This document shows positions 27,651-37,740 of a stretch of 64,000 bases of DNA, piece by piece. Position numbers and translations under genes: made by a program. Source of the stretch: Oscillospiraceae bacterium (GTDB taxonomy: Bacteria > Bacillota > Clostridia > Oscillospirales > Oscillospiraceae); the NCBI GenBank assembly GCA_017938625.1, contig JAGBBD010000029.1, positions 70 through 64,069 of the forward strand, in the 5' to 3' direction. How positions within the stretch are numbered: the first letter of the stretch is position 1; every line of letters begins with the position of its first letter. Below the pieces are notes generated by a model that was given only the letters and a program-made list of their open reading frames with translations, was not told the DNA's origin and did no database searches.

Positions 27651-29530
27651 TCGATCTATCCGTTAAAAATCTGGTAAAATCCTTTGATACCGAGCGCAAT
27701 ATCTTAGATGGACTCTCCTTCGATGTTCAGTCCGGTGAGCGTGTAGGTATCATGGGCGCCAACGGCGCGGGAAAAACCACGCTATTTAAAATACTGACCG
27801 GTGAACTGGGGTACGATACAGGAGAGGTCATTTTTGCTCCAGGGAAGAAGGTGGGGCTGATCTCTCAGATTCCCAATTACCCGGCAGATTTTACTGTGGA
27901 GCGTGTTTTGCGCACAGCTTTTGCCGAGCTTGACGGTATCCGCCGCAAGCTGGAGGATCTGGAGGGCCGCATGACGGCTTCCGCCCCTCAGACACTTTTG
28001 CAGCAGTATGACGAGCTGATCAACCGCTATACCGTAGGAGGCGGCTATGAGATCGATGTGGATCTGGAGAAGATCTGCAACGGTCTGAATATCGGCACTG
28101 CCATGCGCGGTCAGCTGTTCATCATGCTCTCCGGCGGCGAGAAGACCAGAGTCAATCTGGCAAGACTTCTGCTGGAAAAGACCGATATTCTGCTTTTGGA
28201 CGAACCCACCAACCACTTGGATATGAAAAGCGTGGAGTGGCTGGAAGACTATGTTCTCAAATTTAAGGGTACTGTTCTGACCATTTCCCATGACCGTTAT
28301 TTCCTTGATCGTGTGGTGCAGCGCATTGTGGAACTGCGCGACGGCAAGGCGGAGTTCTATTCCGGCAATTATTCCTTCTATGTGGAAGAAAAGCAGGCCC
28401 GCTATGAGCTGCAGCTGAAGCAGTATGAGCAGGAGCAGGCGAAGATCAAGCAGCTGAGCTACACGGTGGAGCGCATGAAGGGTTGGGGCATCAATAGCCG
28501 TACCCTCTACCGCCGCGCCATGTCCATCCAGCACCGCATTGACCGCATCGAGCAGACAGACCGCCCCACCAAGGAGCGGGAACTGCGGATGCGCTTTGAA
28601 GAAAAGAGCTTCTACGGTGATGAAGTGTTCACTATCCGCAACCTTTCCAAGTCCTTTGAAGACCGTCTGCTGTTTTCCGATGTGGAACTGGAAGTCAAAG
28701 GCGGTGAGCGCATTGCGCTGCTCGGTGACAACGGTACAGGCAAGTCTACGTTCCTCAAGATCCTTTTGGGAGAGGAGAGCGGCACTACCGGCAGGATTCG
28801 CTTTGGCCCCACGGTCAAATCCACCTATCTTCCTCAGATCATCCATTTTGAGCATCCTGAGCGGACGCTGTACGATACCATGCTCTATGAAAAGAACTGC
28901 ACCCCGCAGACTGCCAGAGACCGTCTCGGCGCGTTCAATTTCCGTGGGGAGGATGTGTTCAAGACCGTCTCCGCCCTTTCCGGCGGTGAGCAGAGTCGTC
29001 TGCGGCTGTGCATGCTTATGGATGAGAAGATCAATCTTCTAATCTTGGACGAGCCTACCAACCATCTGGACATTGCATCCCGTGAGTGGATCGAGGCCGC
29101 TGTGGATGAGTATGAGGGCACGCTTTTGTTTGTGTCCCATGACCGTTATTTTGTAGACCGTTTTGCCACCAGAGTGTGGGAGCTGTCCGATGGCGGCATC
29201 CGTGATTTCAAGTGTCCCTATGCCAAATACCGTTCCATCAAGGAGCATGAGGCAGCACAGCATGTCAGCGTACCGGCTCAGAAAAAAGAAAAAAAGGAAA
29301 AGCCCAAGTCCAATAATAAAAACCTGGAAAAGAAGCTCCGTGCTTTGGAGCGCGACGTAGAAAAGCAGGAGGAAGCCGTGGCTGCCTTTGATCCTCTGAT
29401 CGAAGCGGCCGCCGCGGACTATCAGGAGCTGACGCGGCTGCTGGAAGAAAAAGCCGCCGCCGAAGCGCAGCTGGAGAGTCTGATGGAGCAGTGGGAAGTA
29501 CTGTCTCTGGAATTAGAGGGCGAAGGTTGA
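27647..29530 (+). CDS. ABC-F family ATPase (translation-associated, no TM domain)
   Basis: Two ABC cassettes (GANGAGKTT/LSGGEKTR and GDNGTGKST/LSGGEQSR), an inter-domain linker and a C-terminal coiled coil. Confidence 0.9.
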   Translation: MIDLSVKNLVKSFDTERNILDGLSFDVQSGERVGIMGANGAGKTTLFKILTGELGYDTGEVIFAPGKKVGLISQIPNYPADFTVERVLRTAFAELDGIRRKLEDLEGRMTASAPQTLLQQYDELINRYTVGGGYEIDVDLEKICNGLNIGTAMRGQLFIMLSGGEKTRVNLARLLLEKTDILLLDEPTNHLDMKSVEWLEDYVLKFKGTVLTISHDRYFLDRVVQRIVELRDGKAEFYSGNYSFYVEEKQARYELQLKQYEQEQAKIKQLSYTVERMKGWGINSRTLYRRAMSIQHRIDRIEQTDRPTKERELRMRFEEKSFYGDEVFTIRNLSKSFEDRLLFSDVELEVKGGERIALLGDNGTGKSTFLKILLGEESGTTGRIRFGPTVKSTYLPQIIHFEHPERTLYDTMLYEKNCTPQTARDRLGAFNFRGEDVFKTVSALSGGEQSRLRLCMLMDEKINLLILDEPTNHLDIASREWIEAAVDEYEGTLLFVSHDRYFVDRFATRVWELSDGGIRDFKCPYAKYRSIKEHEAAQHVSVPAQKKEKKEKPKSNNKNLEKKLRALERDVEKQEEAVAAFDPLIEAAAADYQELTRLLEEKAAAEAQLESLMEQWEVLSLELEGEG

Positions 29531-29586
29531 CAATTTTCGATATCATGTTAAAATAATCAAAGATCAAGATAAAGGGGAAATTTCAA

Positions 29587-30408
29587 ATGAGTTCTTGTTC
29601 CGGAAACTGCTCCTCCTGTGGTGAGAGCTGTTCCGATCGTAAGCAGGAGAGCCTGCTGGCACAGGCAAATGCTCACTCCAATGTAAAAAAAGTCATTGCC
29701 GTTATGTCCGGTAAGGGCGGCGTCGGTAAGAGCACCGTCACCACCATGCTGGCAGCTGCCATGGCGAAAATGGGCCATAAGACCGCAGTTCTTGATGCAG
29801 ACATCACCGGCCCCTCCGTGCCCAAAGCATTCGGGCTGAAAGAGCAGATCGTAGGAAACGATGACGGCATGCAGCCTGCTGTGACAAAAGATGGCATCAA
29901 GGTCATGTCCATCAACCTGCTTCTGCCCAATGAATCCGACCCTGTCCTCTGGCGCGGCCCTGTGGTTGCAGGTGCTGTCAAGCAGTTCTGGACGGATGTT
30001 TGCTGGGGCGATGTGGACTATATGTTTGTGGATATGCCTCCCGGAACGGGCGATGTTGCCCTGACTGTGTTCCAGAGCCTTCCCATTGACGGCGTTGTGC
30101 TTGTGACCTCTCCGCAGGATCTGGTCTCTATGATCGTGGAAAAGGCAGTAAAGATGGCACAGATGATGCACGTACCGGTCTATGGCTTCGTGGAAAACTA
30201 CAGCTACTTCAAGTGCCCCGATTGCGGCAAGGAGTATAAGATCTTCGGCGAGAGCAAGCTGGACGAAGTGGCGCTGACCCATTGCCTGCCTGTACTGGCA
30301 AGACTGCCCATCGATCCGGAAACGGCAAAACACTTCGACGAAGGCAATATGGAACATGTGAACTTAGAGCCTGTGGCAGCAGCTGCCACACTCATTTCAA
30401 GAGCATAA
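29587..30408 (+). CDS. Mrp/NBP35/ApbC-family Fe-S cluster carrier ATPase
   Basis: Deviant Walker A SGKGGVGKST, a CxxC-type cysteine pair (CPDCG) and N-terminal Cys-rich CSGNCSSCGESC. Confidence 0.88.
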   Translation: MSSCSGNCSSCGESCSDRKQESLLAQANAHSNVKKVIAVMSGKGGVGKSTVTTMLAAAMAKMGHKTAVLDADITGPSVPKAFGLKEQIVGNDDGMQPAVTKDGIKVMSINLLLPNESDPVLWRGPVVAGAVKQFWTDVCWGDVDYMFVDMPPGTGDVALTVFQSLPIDGVVLVTSPQDLVSMIVEKAVKMAQMMHVPVYGFVENYSYFKCPDCGKEYKIFGESKLDEVALTHCLPVLARLPIDPETAKHFDEGNMEHVNLEPVAAAATLISRA

Positions 30409-30423
30409 AGGAGATAAAATACT

Positions 30424-30654
30424 ATGGCAAGAATTGAAAAGACTACCATCATCGGCGATGTTCTGGATATCGCCCCTCAGACTGCACCTTTGTTCATGGC
30501 CATCGGTATGCACTGCCTTGGCTGCCCCTCTTCCCGCGGTGAGACTGTGGAAGAAGCCTGCATGGTCCATGGTGTGGACTGCGATGCATTCCTCAAGCAG
30601 GTCAATTACTTCATCGAAGTGTCCGAGCAGAACGCAGCACAGGAAAACAATTAA
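30424..30654 (+). CDS. DUF1858-like small redox/disulfide domain protein
   Basis: 76 aa with T.IGDVL...P....F...GMHCLGCP, typical of that family. Confidence 0.7.
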   Translation: MARIEKTTIIGDVLDIAPQTAPLFMAIGMHCLGCPSSRGETVEEACMVHGVDCDAFLKQVNYFIEVSEQNAAQENN

Positions 30655-30683
30655 GAAGAAGGCGGCTTCAGCCGCCTTCTTTC
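30655..30683 (+). terminator. Rho-independent terminator
   Basis: GAAGGCGGC-TTCA-GCCGCCTTC followed by TTT. Confidence 0.75.
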
Positions 30684-30697
30684 CGTAGGAGAGAAAC

Positions 30698-31396
30698 ATG
30701 AAAATACCCATTTCTCAAAGACTTCTTTGCTGTGCCGATCAGGTGGCGCAGGGTGCCCGAGTGGCAGATATCGGCTGCGATCACGGCTACCTTGGCATCT
30801 GGCTGCTGCAGGAGGGAAGAGCAAGCTATGTGGTTGCGTCCGATCTTCGTGAGCAGCCCTTGCAGAAAGCCGTGGAAAACAGCAGGCTCTTTGGTACATC
30901 GGATCGCATGGAGTTCCACGTGGCAGACGGTCTTGCCGCGGTAGATCCCGACAGCGTGGATACCATCATCTGCGCCGGCATGGGCGGTGACTGCATGGCA
31001 CATATCTTAGAGCAGGCACCTTGGGTCAGAGATCCGCGATACACGCTGATTCTGCAGCCGCAGACCTCCGGCAACGACCTTCGCCGTTATCTTGGAGAGC
31101 GGGGATTTTCCATTGAAGCAGAGCGTCTTGTCCGTGACGGCGGCTTTTTGTATTTTACCATCCTTGCCCGTTTTGGTGGCGGTACTCCTTTGTCCCCGGG
31201 TGAGCAGTATTTGTCCAAACAGCTGCTGGAAAGTGGTTCTGAGCTTCTGCCGGAGTATTTTGACAGAGTGATCAATGCCCTCACCAAAACGGTGGAAGGC
31301 ATCCGCCGCAGCAAAAAAGAGCACGAGAAGCTCTCGTATTTTGAAACAGCCCTTCAGGAGCTGCTGGAAATGAGGAAACAATATGACAGTCCGTGA
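30698..31396 (+). CDS. trmK: tRNA (adenine22-N1)-methyltransferase TrmK family
   Basis: ADIGCDHGYL and ICAGMGG motifs. Conserved pairing with the downstream Nif3 gene. Confidence 0.85.
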   Translation: MKIPISQRLLCCADQVAQGARVADIGCDHGYLGIWLLQEGRASYVVASDLREQPLQKAVENSRLFGTSDRMEFHVADGLAAVDPDSVDTIICAGMGGDCMAHILEQAPWVRDPRYTLILQPQTSGNDLRRYLGERGFSIEAERLVRDGGFLYFTILARFGGGTPLSPGEQYLSKQLLESGSELLPEYFDRVINALTKTVEGIRRSKKEHEKLSYFETALQELLEMRKQYDSP

Positions 31397-32156
31397 AATT
31401 CTCAGCTATCTGCAGACCATCGCGCCTGCTTACATGAAATATGATTGGGACAATGTGGGGCTTCTGTGCGGCAGCGGCAGCAAGGAAGTCAAAAGGGTAC
31501 TGGTGGCGCTGGATCCGTTCCCCGGTGTGTGCCAAGAGGCAGCGGACATGGGTGCGGATCTGATCGTGACCCACCATCCGCTGATCTTCCGTCCCTGCAA
31601 AAGCGTGACAGACGAAGATCCTATCGGCAGAAGCATCCTGCTCCTTGCTTCCAAGGGCATCAGCGCCGTCAATCTTCATACCAATCTGGACTGTGCCCCC
31701 GGTGGTGTCAACGATGTTCTGGCGCAGACGCTGGGGCTGCGTGATATCTCCATAGTCGATCCCATCGGGGAGGACTACGGTCTTCTGCGTAAGGGCACCG
31801 TGGAGGAGCAGCCCCTGAGTACCTTTATGGCTGCCGTCAAGGAAAAGCTGGGCGTTCCCGTCCTGCGCTATGTGGACGGCGGAAAACCTGTCCGCCATGT
31901 GGCGGTGGGAGGCGGCTCCTGCGGCGATGAATACGCAGCAGCGCTGGCGGCAGGCTGCGATACTCTCGTCACGGCAGACATCAAATATAACCAGTTCTGG
32001 GATGCCAAAGAACTGGGGCTCAATCTGATCGATGCAGGCCACTTCTATACGGAAAATCCCGTCTGCGCTGTTCTGGCAGATAAACTGAAAAAGCAGTTCC
32101 CAGAACTGGAAGTGATCCTCTCCCAAACCCACCGCGACTGCATGCAATTCTTCTGA
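31383..32156 (+). CDS. Nif3-like dinuclear metal centre protein (YqfO/GCH1-type-2 homologue)
   Basis: P....DWDNVGL, DLIVTHHPLIF and GHF.TE motifs. Confidence 0.88.
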   Translation: MTVREILSYLQTIAPAYMKYDWDNVGLLCGSGSKEVKRVLVALDPFPGVCQEAADMGADLIVTHHPLIFRPCKSVTDEDPIGRSILLLASKGISAVNLHTNLDCAPGGVNDVLAQTLGLRDISIVDPIGEDYGLLRKGTVEEQPLSTFMAAVKEKLGVPVLRYVDGGKPVRHVAVGGGSCGDEYAAALAAGCDTLVTADIKYNQFWDAKELGLNLIDAGHFYTENPVCAVLADKLKKQFPELEVILSQTHRDCMQFF

Positions 32157-32159
32157 TAA

Positions 32160-32204
32160 AACGAACCTGCCCACACCACCTGCGGTGTGGGCAGGTTCGT
32201 TTTA
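32160..32204 (+). terminator. Rho-independent terminator after nif3
   Basis: AACGAACCTGCCCACACC-ACCTGC-GGTGTGGGCAGGTTCGTT followed by TTT. Confidence 0.85.
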
Positions 32205-32322
32205 TGCGTGCTATCGCAATCATGCCCTTGTGCCCCTTTTTCAGGAGGCTGGGATGCATTCCGTAGGGGCAATCGCCCGGTTACTTTCTGCACTCGGGAC
32301 GTCGTGGGCGCCGCCCCCACGG

Positions 32323-32359
32323 CTGTCATTGCGAGCGGCCAGCGGGAGCGTGGCAATCT
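32323..32359. repeat. Copy 2 of the dispersed intergenic repeat (see 88..124)
   Basis: CTGTCATTGCGAGCGGCCAGCGGGAGCGTGGCAATCT compared with CTGTCATTGCGAAGGAGCGCAGCGACTGTGGAAATCT at 88-124. It lies in a 270-nt non-coding gap upstream of glgP. Confidence 0.5.
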
Positions 32360-32471
32360 CTTTTCGGCAGGCAGTTTTAGCTGGCAACATTTGGATTTTT
32401 TAATTATGTAGTTGCGTAAAGTGTGGGATGTATGATATGATAAACAATAATCCTTGCTTTTGGAGGAATAT

Positions 32472-34871
32472 ATGGTGAAAAAAGAAATGATCCTGGAAAA
32501 TTTGCAGCAGGTTTGCGGCAGATTGTTTGGCTGCACTCTGGAAGAGGCAACGGAAAAGCAGGCATATAAAACGGTCTGTACCTACGTCCGTGAGAGTCTT
32601 GCGCAGAAGCGCCGTGATTTCCAGAAGGAGATTCGCGAGCAGGAGCGCAAGCAGGTCTACTATATGTCCATGGAGTTCCTTGTGGGCACCTCTTTGCGCA
32701 ATAATCTTTATAATCTTGGCATCCTTGACGATGTGACCAAGGTGCTCAAGAAGCTTGGCTTCTCTGTGGAGCGCCTGTGCGCTCTGGAGCCGGATGCCGG
32801 TCTCGGCAATGGCGGCCTTGGCAGACTGGCTTCCTGCTATATGGACAGCCTGACCGGCTGTGAGTATCCTGCCACCGGCTTCTCCATCCGCTATGAGTTT
32901 GGCATTTTCCGCCAGAAGATCGTAGACGGCTGGCAGGTGGAATTCCCCGATGACTGGCTGGAAATGGGCGATGTATGGCTCAAGACCAGAGAGGACGATG
33001 CTGTGGAGATCCGCCTTGGCGGTGAGAGCCGTGAGTGGCTGGATAACGGCAAGTTCCGGGTTGCCCATGTGGGCTACCAGTCTGTTATGGCAGTGCCCCA
33101 TGATCTTTATATTTCCGGCTACGGTACCGACAAGGTCAACAAGCTGACCCTGTGGAGCGCCGAGCAGCCCCATGGCTTTGATATGGCTGCCTTCTCCCGC
33201 GGTGACTATGTCCGTGCGCTGGAGCATGACACCATGGCACAGACCATCTCCAAGGTTCTGTACCCTGCCGACGATCATATCAGCGGCAAGCGTCTGCGTC
33301 TGCAGCAGCAGTATCTGCTGGTCTCTGCGTCCCTGCAGGCTATTCTGAAAGAGCACTTCAAACGCTACCGTACCTACCGCAATCTGGCGGATAAGGTCGC
33401 CATCCATATTAACGATACCCATCCTGCTCTGTGTGTGCCGGAGCTGATGCGTCTTCTCATGGACGAAAATGACTACGGCTGGGACGAGGCTTGGGAGATC
33501 ACCTGCAAGACCCTGTCCTATACCAACCATACCGTCATGTCCGAGGCGCTGGAACGCTGGGATGTGGGACTGTTCCGGGAGCAGCTGCCGAGAATCTATG
33601 CCATTACGGCAGAGATCAACCGCCGTCTGATCAACGATCTGATGGAAGCCTATCCCGGTGACTGGGGCAAGCTCAACTATATGGCAGTCATCGGTGACAA
33701 CCAGGTGCGTATGGCAAATCTGTGTCTTGCCTGCTGCCATACGGTCAATGGCGTCAGCCAGCTCCACAGCCAGATTCTCAAAGACGGTATTTTCCATGAT
33801 TATTATGTGCTGGACAATGACCGCTTCACCAACGTGACCAACGGCATCGCTTATCGCCGTTGGCTGTGCCAGTCCAATCCCGGACTGACAGCCTTCCTGC
33901 GCAAGCTCATTGGCGACGGTTTCCTGCGTGATGCAAGAGAACTGGAAAAGCTTTTGGCTTACCGTGATGACGCTGCCGTGCTGGAAACTCTGCAGAAGAT
34001 CAAGCGCGAAAATAAAGAGCGCCTTGCCAAGTATATTGCCGAAAAGAACGGCGTCCATGTCAGTCCCGACAGCGTGTTTGATATCCAGATCAAGCGTCTG
34101 CACGAGTACAAGCGTCAGCTGCTCAATGTGCTGCACATTCTGCATCTTTACAATACCATCAAGGATTCTCCCAATGCGCCCTTTACGCCCCGTACCTTTA
34201 TTTTTGGTGCCAAGGCATCGGCAGGCTATATCCGTGCCAAGCAGATCATCAGTCTGATCGTGGCAGTTTCCAATCTGGTCAACTCCGATCCACAGGTGCG
34301 CAGCAAGCTGAAGGTGGTCTTCCTGGAGGACTACAAGGTCTCCCGTGCTGAGATCATCATCCCTGCGGCAGATATCTCCGAACAGATCTCCATTGCCGGC
34401 AAGGAAGCCTCCGGCACCGGCAATATGAAGCTGATGATCAACGGTGCTGTGACTCTCGGTACTCTTGATGGCGCCAATGTGGAGATCCACCAGCAGGTGG
34501 GCGATGAGAATATGTTCCTCTTCGGCATGAAGGCTCACGAGGTGGAAGCGCTCTGGCAGCGCGGCTACGATCCCAGAGAGTTCCTGACCCCCGAGCTGGA
34601 GCGTGTTCTGCAGATGCTGACCTCCGGTGTTCTCGGTCAGCGCTACGATGACATTGTGGCAAGCCTTCTGACCAACCGCTTTGGCACGGCAGACGGCTTC
34701 ATGACCGTGGCGGATTTTGCCGACTATGCAAGAGCGCAGCGTGATATTTCCGCTGCCTATCTTGATCGCTCTGCCTTTACCGCCATGTCCTTGACCAACA
34801 TTGCCAAGGCAGGAATCTTCTCTGCCGACCGTGCAGTGGAGGAATACGCCGAAAGAATTTGGAAGTTGTAA
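32472..34871 (+). CDS. glgP: Glycogen/maltodextrin phosphorylase (GT35, 799 aa)
   Basis: PLP-lysine motif EASGTGNMKLMINGA and the N-terminal YYMSMEFLVG. The ATG at 32472 follows GGAGG. Confidence 0.95.
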   Translation: MVKKEMILENLQQVCGRLFGCTLEEATEKQAYKTVCTYVRESLAQKRRDFQKEIREQERKQVYYMSMEFLVGTSLRNNLYNLGILDDVTKVLKKLGFSVERLCALEPDAGLGNGGLGRLASCYMDSLTGCEYPATGFSIRYEFGIFRQKIVDGWQVEFPDDWLEMGDVWLKTREDDAVEIRLGGESREWLDNGKFRVAHVGYQSVMAVPHDLYISGYGTDKVNKLTLWSAEQPHGFDMAAFSRGDYVRALEHDTMAQTISKVLYPADDHISGKRLRLQQQYLLVSASLQAILKEHFKRYRTYRNLADKVAIHINDTHPALCVPELMRLLMDENDYGWDEAWEITCKTLSYTNHTVMSEALERWDVGLFREQLPRIYAITAEINRRLINDLMEAYPGDWGKLNYMAVIGDNQVRMANLCLACCHTVNGVSQLHSQILKDGIFHDYYVLDNDRFTNVTNGIAYRRWLCQSNPGLTAFLRKLIGDGFLRDARELEKLLAYRDDAAVLETLQKIKRENKERLAKYIAEKNGVHVSPDSVFDIQIKRLHEYKRQLLNVLHILHLYNTIKDSPNAPFTPRTFIFGAKASAGYIRAKQIISLIVAVSNLVNSDPQVRSKLKVVFLEDYKVSRAEIIIPAADISEQISIAGKEASGTGNMKLMINGAVTLGTLDGANVEIHQQVGDENMFLFGMKAHEVEALWQRGYDPREFLTPELERVLQMLTSGVLGQRYDDIVASLLTNRFGTADGFMTVADFADYARAQRDISAAYLDRSAFTAMSLTNIAKAGIFSADRAVEEYAERIWKL

Positions 34872-34872
34872 T

Positions 34873-36603
34873 ATGGCACTGAGAATTTTATATAACAGCC
34901 TGGATCCTGCCTACAAATCGCCCTTTGGCACTTTGACTCCCGGACAGAGCTGCACCATGACTCTCGCCATTCCGTGTTCCTGTCTGACCACGGAAGTTGC
35001 TCTTGTGCTGCAGTGGGAAAACGGCAGCTTCTTCCGGGAAGAAGCCTTCACCCTTGATCGTGTGGAAGAGCCCTATGAGTATTACACAGCAACATTCTCC
35101 TTTGATGAGCCGGGGCTGTTCTTCTACTATTTCCGTATCTGTACCCAGAATGAGCGTTTCCGCCTGTTCCGTCAGGGCACGGATACCAACATGGAGGCGG
35201 GAGATCTCTGGCAGCTCAGCTGCGTGACAGATTCCCTGCCTGTGCCGGAGGAGTTTCAGGGAAGAGTGTTCTATCAGATCTTCCCGGATCGCTTCCACCG
35301 TGCAGGTACTTGTGACTGCAGCGAAAAGCTCACGCCCTATTGGGTGCATGAAGATCTGACCGAGATGCCGGTCTACCTCCCCGATGAAAACGGTGAGGTG
35401 CTCAACAATGACTTTTACGGCGGCAATCTCAACGGTATCCGGGAAAAACTGCCGTATCTGCACGAGCTTGGTGTGAGAGCAATCTATCTCAATCCTATTT
35501 TCAAGGCTTTTTCCACCCATCGCTATGACACGGCGGATTACAGCCGGATCGATCCAATGCTTGGCACAGATGAAGATTTTGCCGCTTTGTGCGAAGCGGC
35601 CCACAAGCTGGATATGAAGATCATCTTGGACGGTGTGTTCTCTCATACTGGCTCTCAGAGCGTGTATTTTCAGCATGCCATCTCCGATGAGAGATCTTTG
35701 TACCGCAAGTGGTATCAGTTCAAAAACTATCCCACGGACTATGTGAGCTGGTGGGGCTTCAAGACGCTGCCCACCATCGACAAGTCCTCGGAATCATTTA
35801 TGGACTATATCTTCGGCTCTGATGACAGCGTCATTGCCAAATGGCTTCGCCTTGGAGCAGATGGTTTGCGTCTGGATGTGGTGGACGAACTGCCCGACGA
35901 TTTCCTGATGAAGCTGCGCCTGCGTCTGCGGGAGCTGAATCCAAAGGCTTTCCTCATCGGTGAGGTCTGGGAGGATGCATCCAACAAGGTCGCCTACGGT
36001 GTCCGCCGCCGCTATTTCACCCATGGTCAGCTGGATAGTGTTATGAACTATCCCTGGCGCACGGCGATCTTGAGATTCTGTCGCGGCGAGGATGATGGCA
36101 ACGGCTTGAGATGGGCGATCATGAACTTGGCGGAGAATTATCCTGCCGCCGTGCTCAATTCCAACCTGAATTTGCTGTCTTCTCACGATGTGCCCAGAGC
36201 CATCACGGATCTGATCGACCCTGTTAACGGCGAGCGTGAAGAGCTGGCAGCCAGAGTCATGACCGAAGAGCAGCTGAAGCTTGGAAAAGAGCGTTTTAAG
36301 CTGGCATCCTTCCTGCAGTTCACTCTGCCGGGCTGCCCCTGTGTGTACTACGGCGATGAAGCCGGTATGACCGGCTACAGAGATCCCTTTAACCGCCGGT
36401 ATTATATCTGGGGGGAAGAGGATGAACAGCTGCAGGCCCATATTCGTGAGCTTGCCCATATGAAGCAGAATGATATTCTGCGCTTTGGAACTGTGGAGGT
36501 TCTGGAAGCTGGCGAGGGCAAGATCACCTACCGCCGTACTTACGGTGGAAAGTCCCTTGTCTGCGCCTGCGATGCGGAAAAACTCACATTCTCTATTACT
36601 TGA
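34873..36603 (+). CDS. GH13 alpha-amylase-family enzyme (neopullulanase/cyclomaltodextrinase-like, 576 aa)
   Basis: DGVFSHTG, GLRLDVVDEL, IGEVWED and LSSHDVPR catalytic-region motifs. An N-terminal beta-domain is present. The start is 2 nt after the glgP stop. Confidence 0.88.
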   Translation: MALRILYNSLDPAYKSPFGTLTPGQSCTMTLAIPCSCLTTEVALVLQWENGSFFREEAFTLDRVEEPYEYYTATFSFDEPGLFFYYFRICTQNERFRLFRQGTDTNMEAGDLWQLSCVTDSLPVPEEFQGRVFYQIFPDRFHRAGTCDCSEKLTPYWVHEDLTEMPVYLPDENGEVLNNDFYGGNLNGIREKLPYLHELGVRAIYLNPIFKAFSTHRYDTADYSRIDPMLGTDEDFAALCEAAHKLDMKIILDGVFSHTGSQSVYFQHAISDERSLYRKWYQFKNYPTDYVSWWGFKTLPTIDKSSESFMDYIFGSDDSVIAKWLRLGADGLRLDVVDELPDDFLMKLRLRLRELNPKAFLIGEVWEDASNKVAYGVRRRYFTHGQLDSVMNYPWRTAILRFCRGEDDGNGLRWAIMNLAENYPAAVLNSNLNLLSSHDVPRAITDLIDPVNGEREELAARVMTEEQLKLGKERFKLASFLQFTLPGCPCVYYGDEAGMTGYRDPFNRRYYIWGEEDEQLQAHIRELAHMKQNDILRFGTVEVLEAGEGKITYRRTYGGKSLVCACDAEKLTFSIT

Positions 36604-36631
36604 AAAAAGAGAGCGAAAGCTCTCTTTTTTT
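36604..36631 (+). terminator. Rho-independent terminator
   Basis: AAAAAAGAGAGC-GAAA-GCTCTCTTTTTTT. Confidence 0.85.
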
Positions 36632-36658
36632 GGTTATGCTAATGGGGAGGTGAAAGCA

Positions 36659-37717
36659 ATGAAACAACGAGCGCTGCAATTAAAAGAGGAAACCATCCGG
36701 CACAGACGGTATATCCACGAATGTGCCGAAGTGGGACTGAAGCTTCCCAAAACCATGGCATATATCAAAGAAGAACTCAAAATATGCGGTATTGAGCCCA
36801 AACTGTGCGGCAATGGCATTTGCGCCGAGATCGGCAGGGGAGAGCCGGTACTGCTGCTGCGTGCCGATGCCGATGCTCTGCCCAACGGACACACCTGCGG
36901 TCACGATTGTCACGCAGCCATGCTTCTGACGGCAGCAAAGCTTTTAAAGGAAGACGAGCAAAAACTGCATGGCACCGTGCGGCTCATGTTCCAACCGGCG
37001 GAAGAAACGCTGGAAGGGGCAAAAAATATGATCGATCATGGCATCCTTGCGCCCACGCCGCAGGCAGCTCTTGCCTTCCATACGGCAGCCGGAAAGCTGC
37101 GTCCCGGTATGGCGCTGTATGGCAGCGGCATTATGATGCGCTCTGCTGATTGTGTTACGATCACCTTTCGCGGCAAAGGCGGTCACGGTGCTTACGCGGA
37201 TCGAACCTGTGATCCGATCAAAATGGCGGTGGAGGCATACCAAGCTTTGCCGGAGTTTAGTTTTGGCGTCTTCCATGCCGGAGAAACGGGGAATGTGATC
37301 CCGGATACTGCGGTGCTCAAGGGCTCTGTGCGCACAGAGCGGGGCAGAGAAAAAATGCTGGATAAGCTGGAACGTGTGGTACACCAAGCAGCCAAACGTT
37401 ACGGTGGCAGTGTTGAGATCAACCACACAGCAGGTGCGCCTGCTCTGGAGTGCGATCAAAAGCTGACAGTATTCTTTGCCGGATGCTTAAAGGAACTGAA
37501 CTTGATCGTGAAGGACGGTGTCAGAGCAAAAGCGTCTGAGGATTTTGCCTATATTGCCCGGGAAATTCCGTCTGCTTATTTCTATCTGACCTGCGGCTTT
37601 TCCGATGGCAGAGGGGCTCATCTTGCCCATGATCCTCTGGTGCAGATCGATGAGGATGTTTTGCCGATCGGCGCAGCGGCCTATGCCCATTGTGCCCAGC
37701 GGTATCTAAAAAAATAA
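36659..37717 (+). CDS. M20-family amidohydrolase (N-acyl-amino-acid amidohydrolase-like, 352 aa)
   Basis: RRYIHE.AE, LRADADALP, GH.CGHD.H and FQPAEE motifs. The ATG at 36659 follows GGAGGTG. The longer track ORF crosses a terminator. Confidence 0.8.
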   Translation: MKQRALQLKEETIRHRRYIHECAEVGLKLPKTMAYIKEELKICGIEPKLCGNGICAEIGRGEPVLLLRADADALPNGHTCGHDCHAAMLLTAAKLLKEDEQKLHGTVRLMFQPAEETLEGAKNMIDHGILAPTPQAALAFHTAAGKLRPGMALYGSGIMMRSADCVTITFRGKGGHGAYADRTCDPIKMAVEAYQALPEFSFGVFHAGETGNVIPDTAVLKGSVRTERGREKMLDKLERVVHQAAKRYGGSVEINHTAGAPALECDQKLTVFFAGCLKELNLIVKDGVRAKASEDFAYIAREIPSAYFYLTCGFSDGRGAHLAHDPLVQIDEDVLPIGAAAYAHCAQRYLKK

Positions 37718-37740
37718 GAGGTGCTTTTGCACCTCTTATT
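37713..37740. terminator. Bidirectional terminator between convergent genes
   Basis: AATAAGAGGTGC-TTTT-GCACCTCTTATT overlaps both stop codons. Confidence 0.8.

Noticed and set aside
32400-34538. 712-aa minus-strand ORF
   Set aside because: It lies antisense to glgP, which has unambiguous phosphorylase motifs. Shadow ORF.
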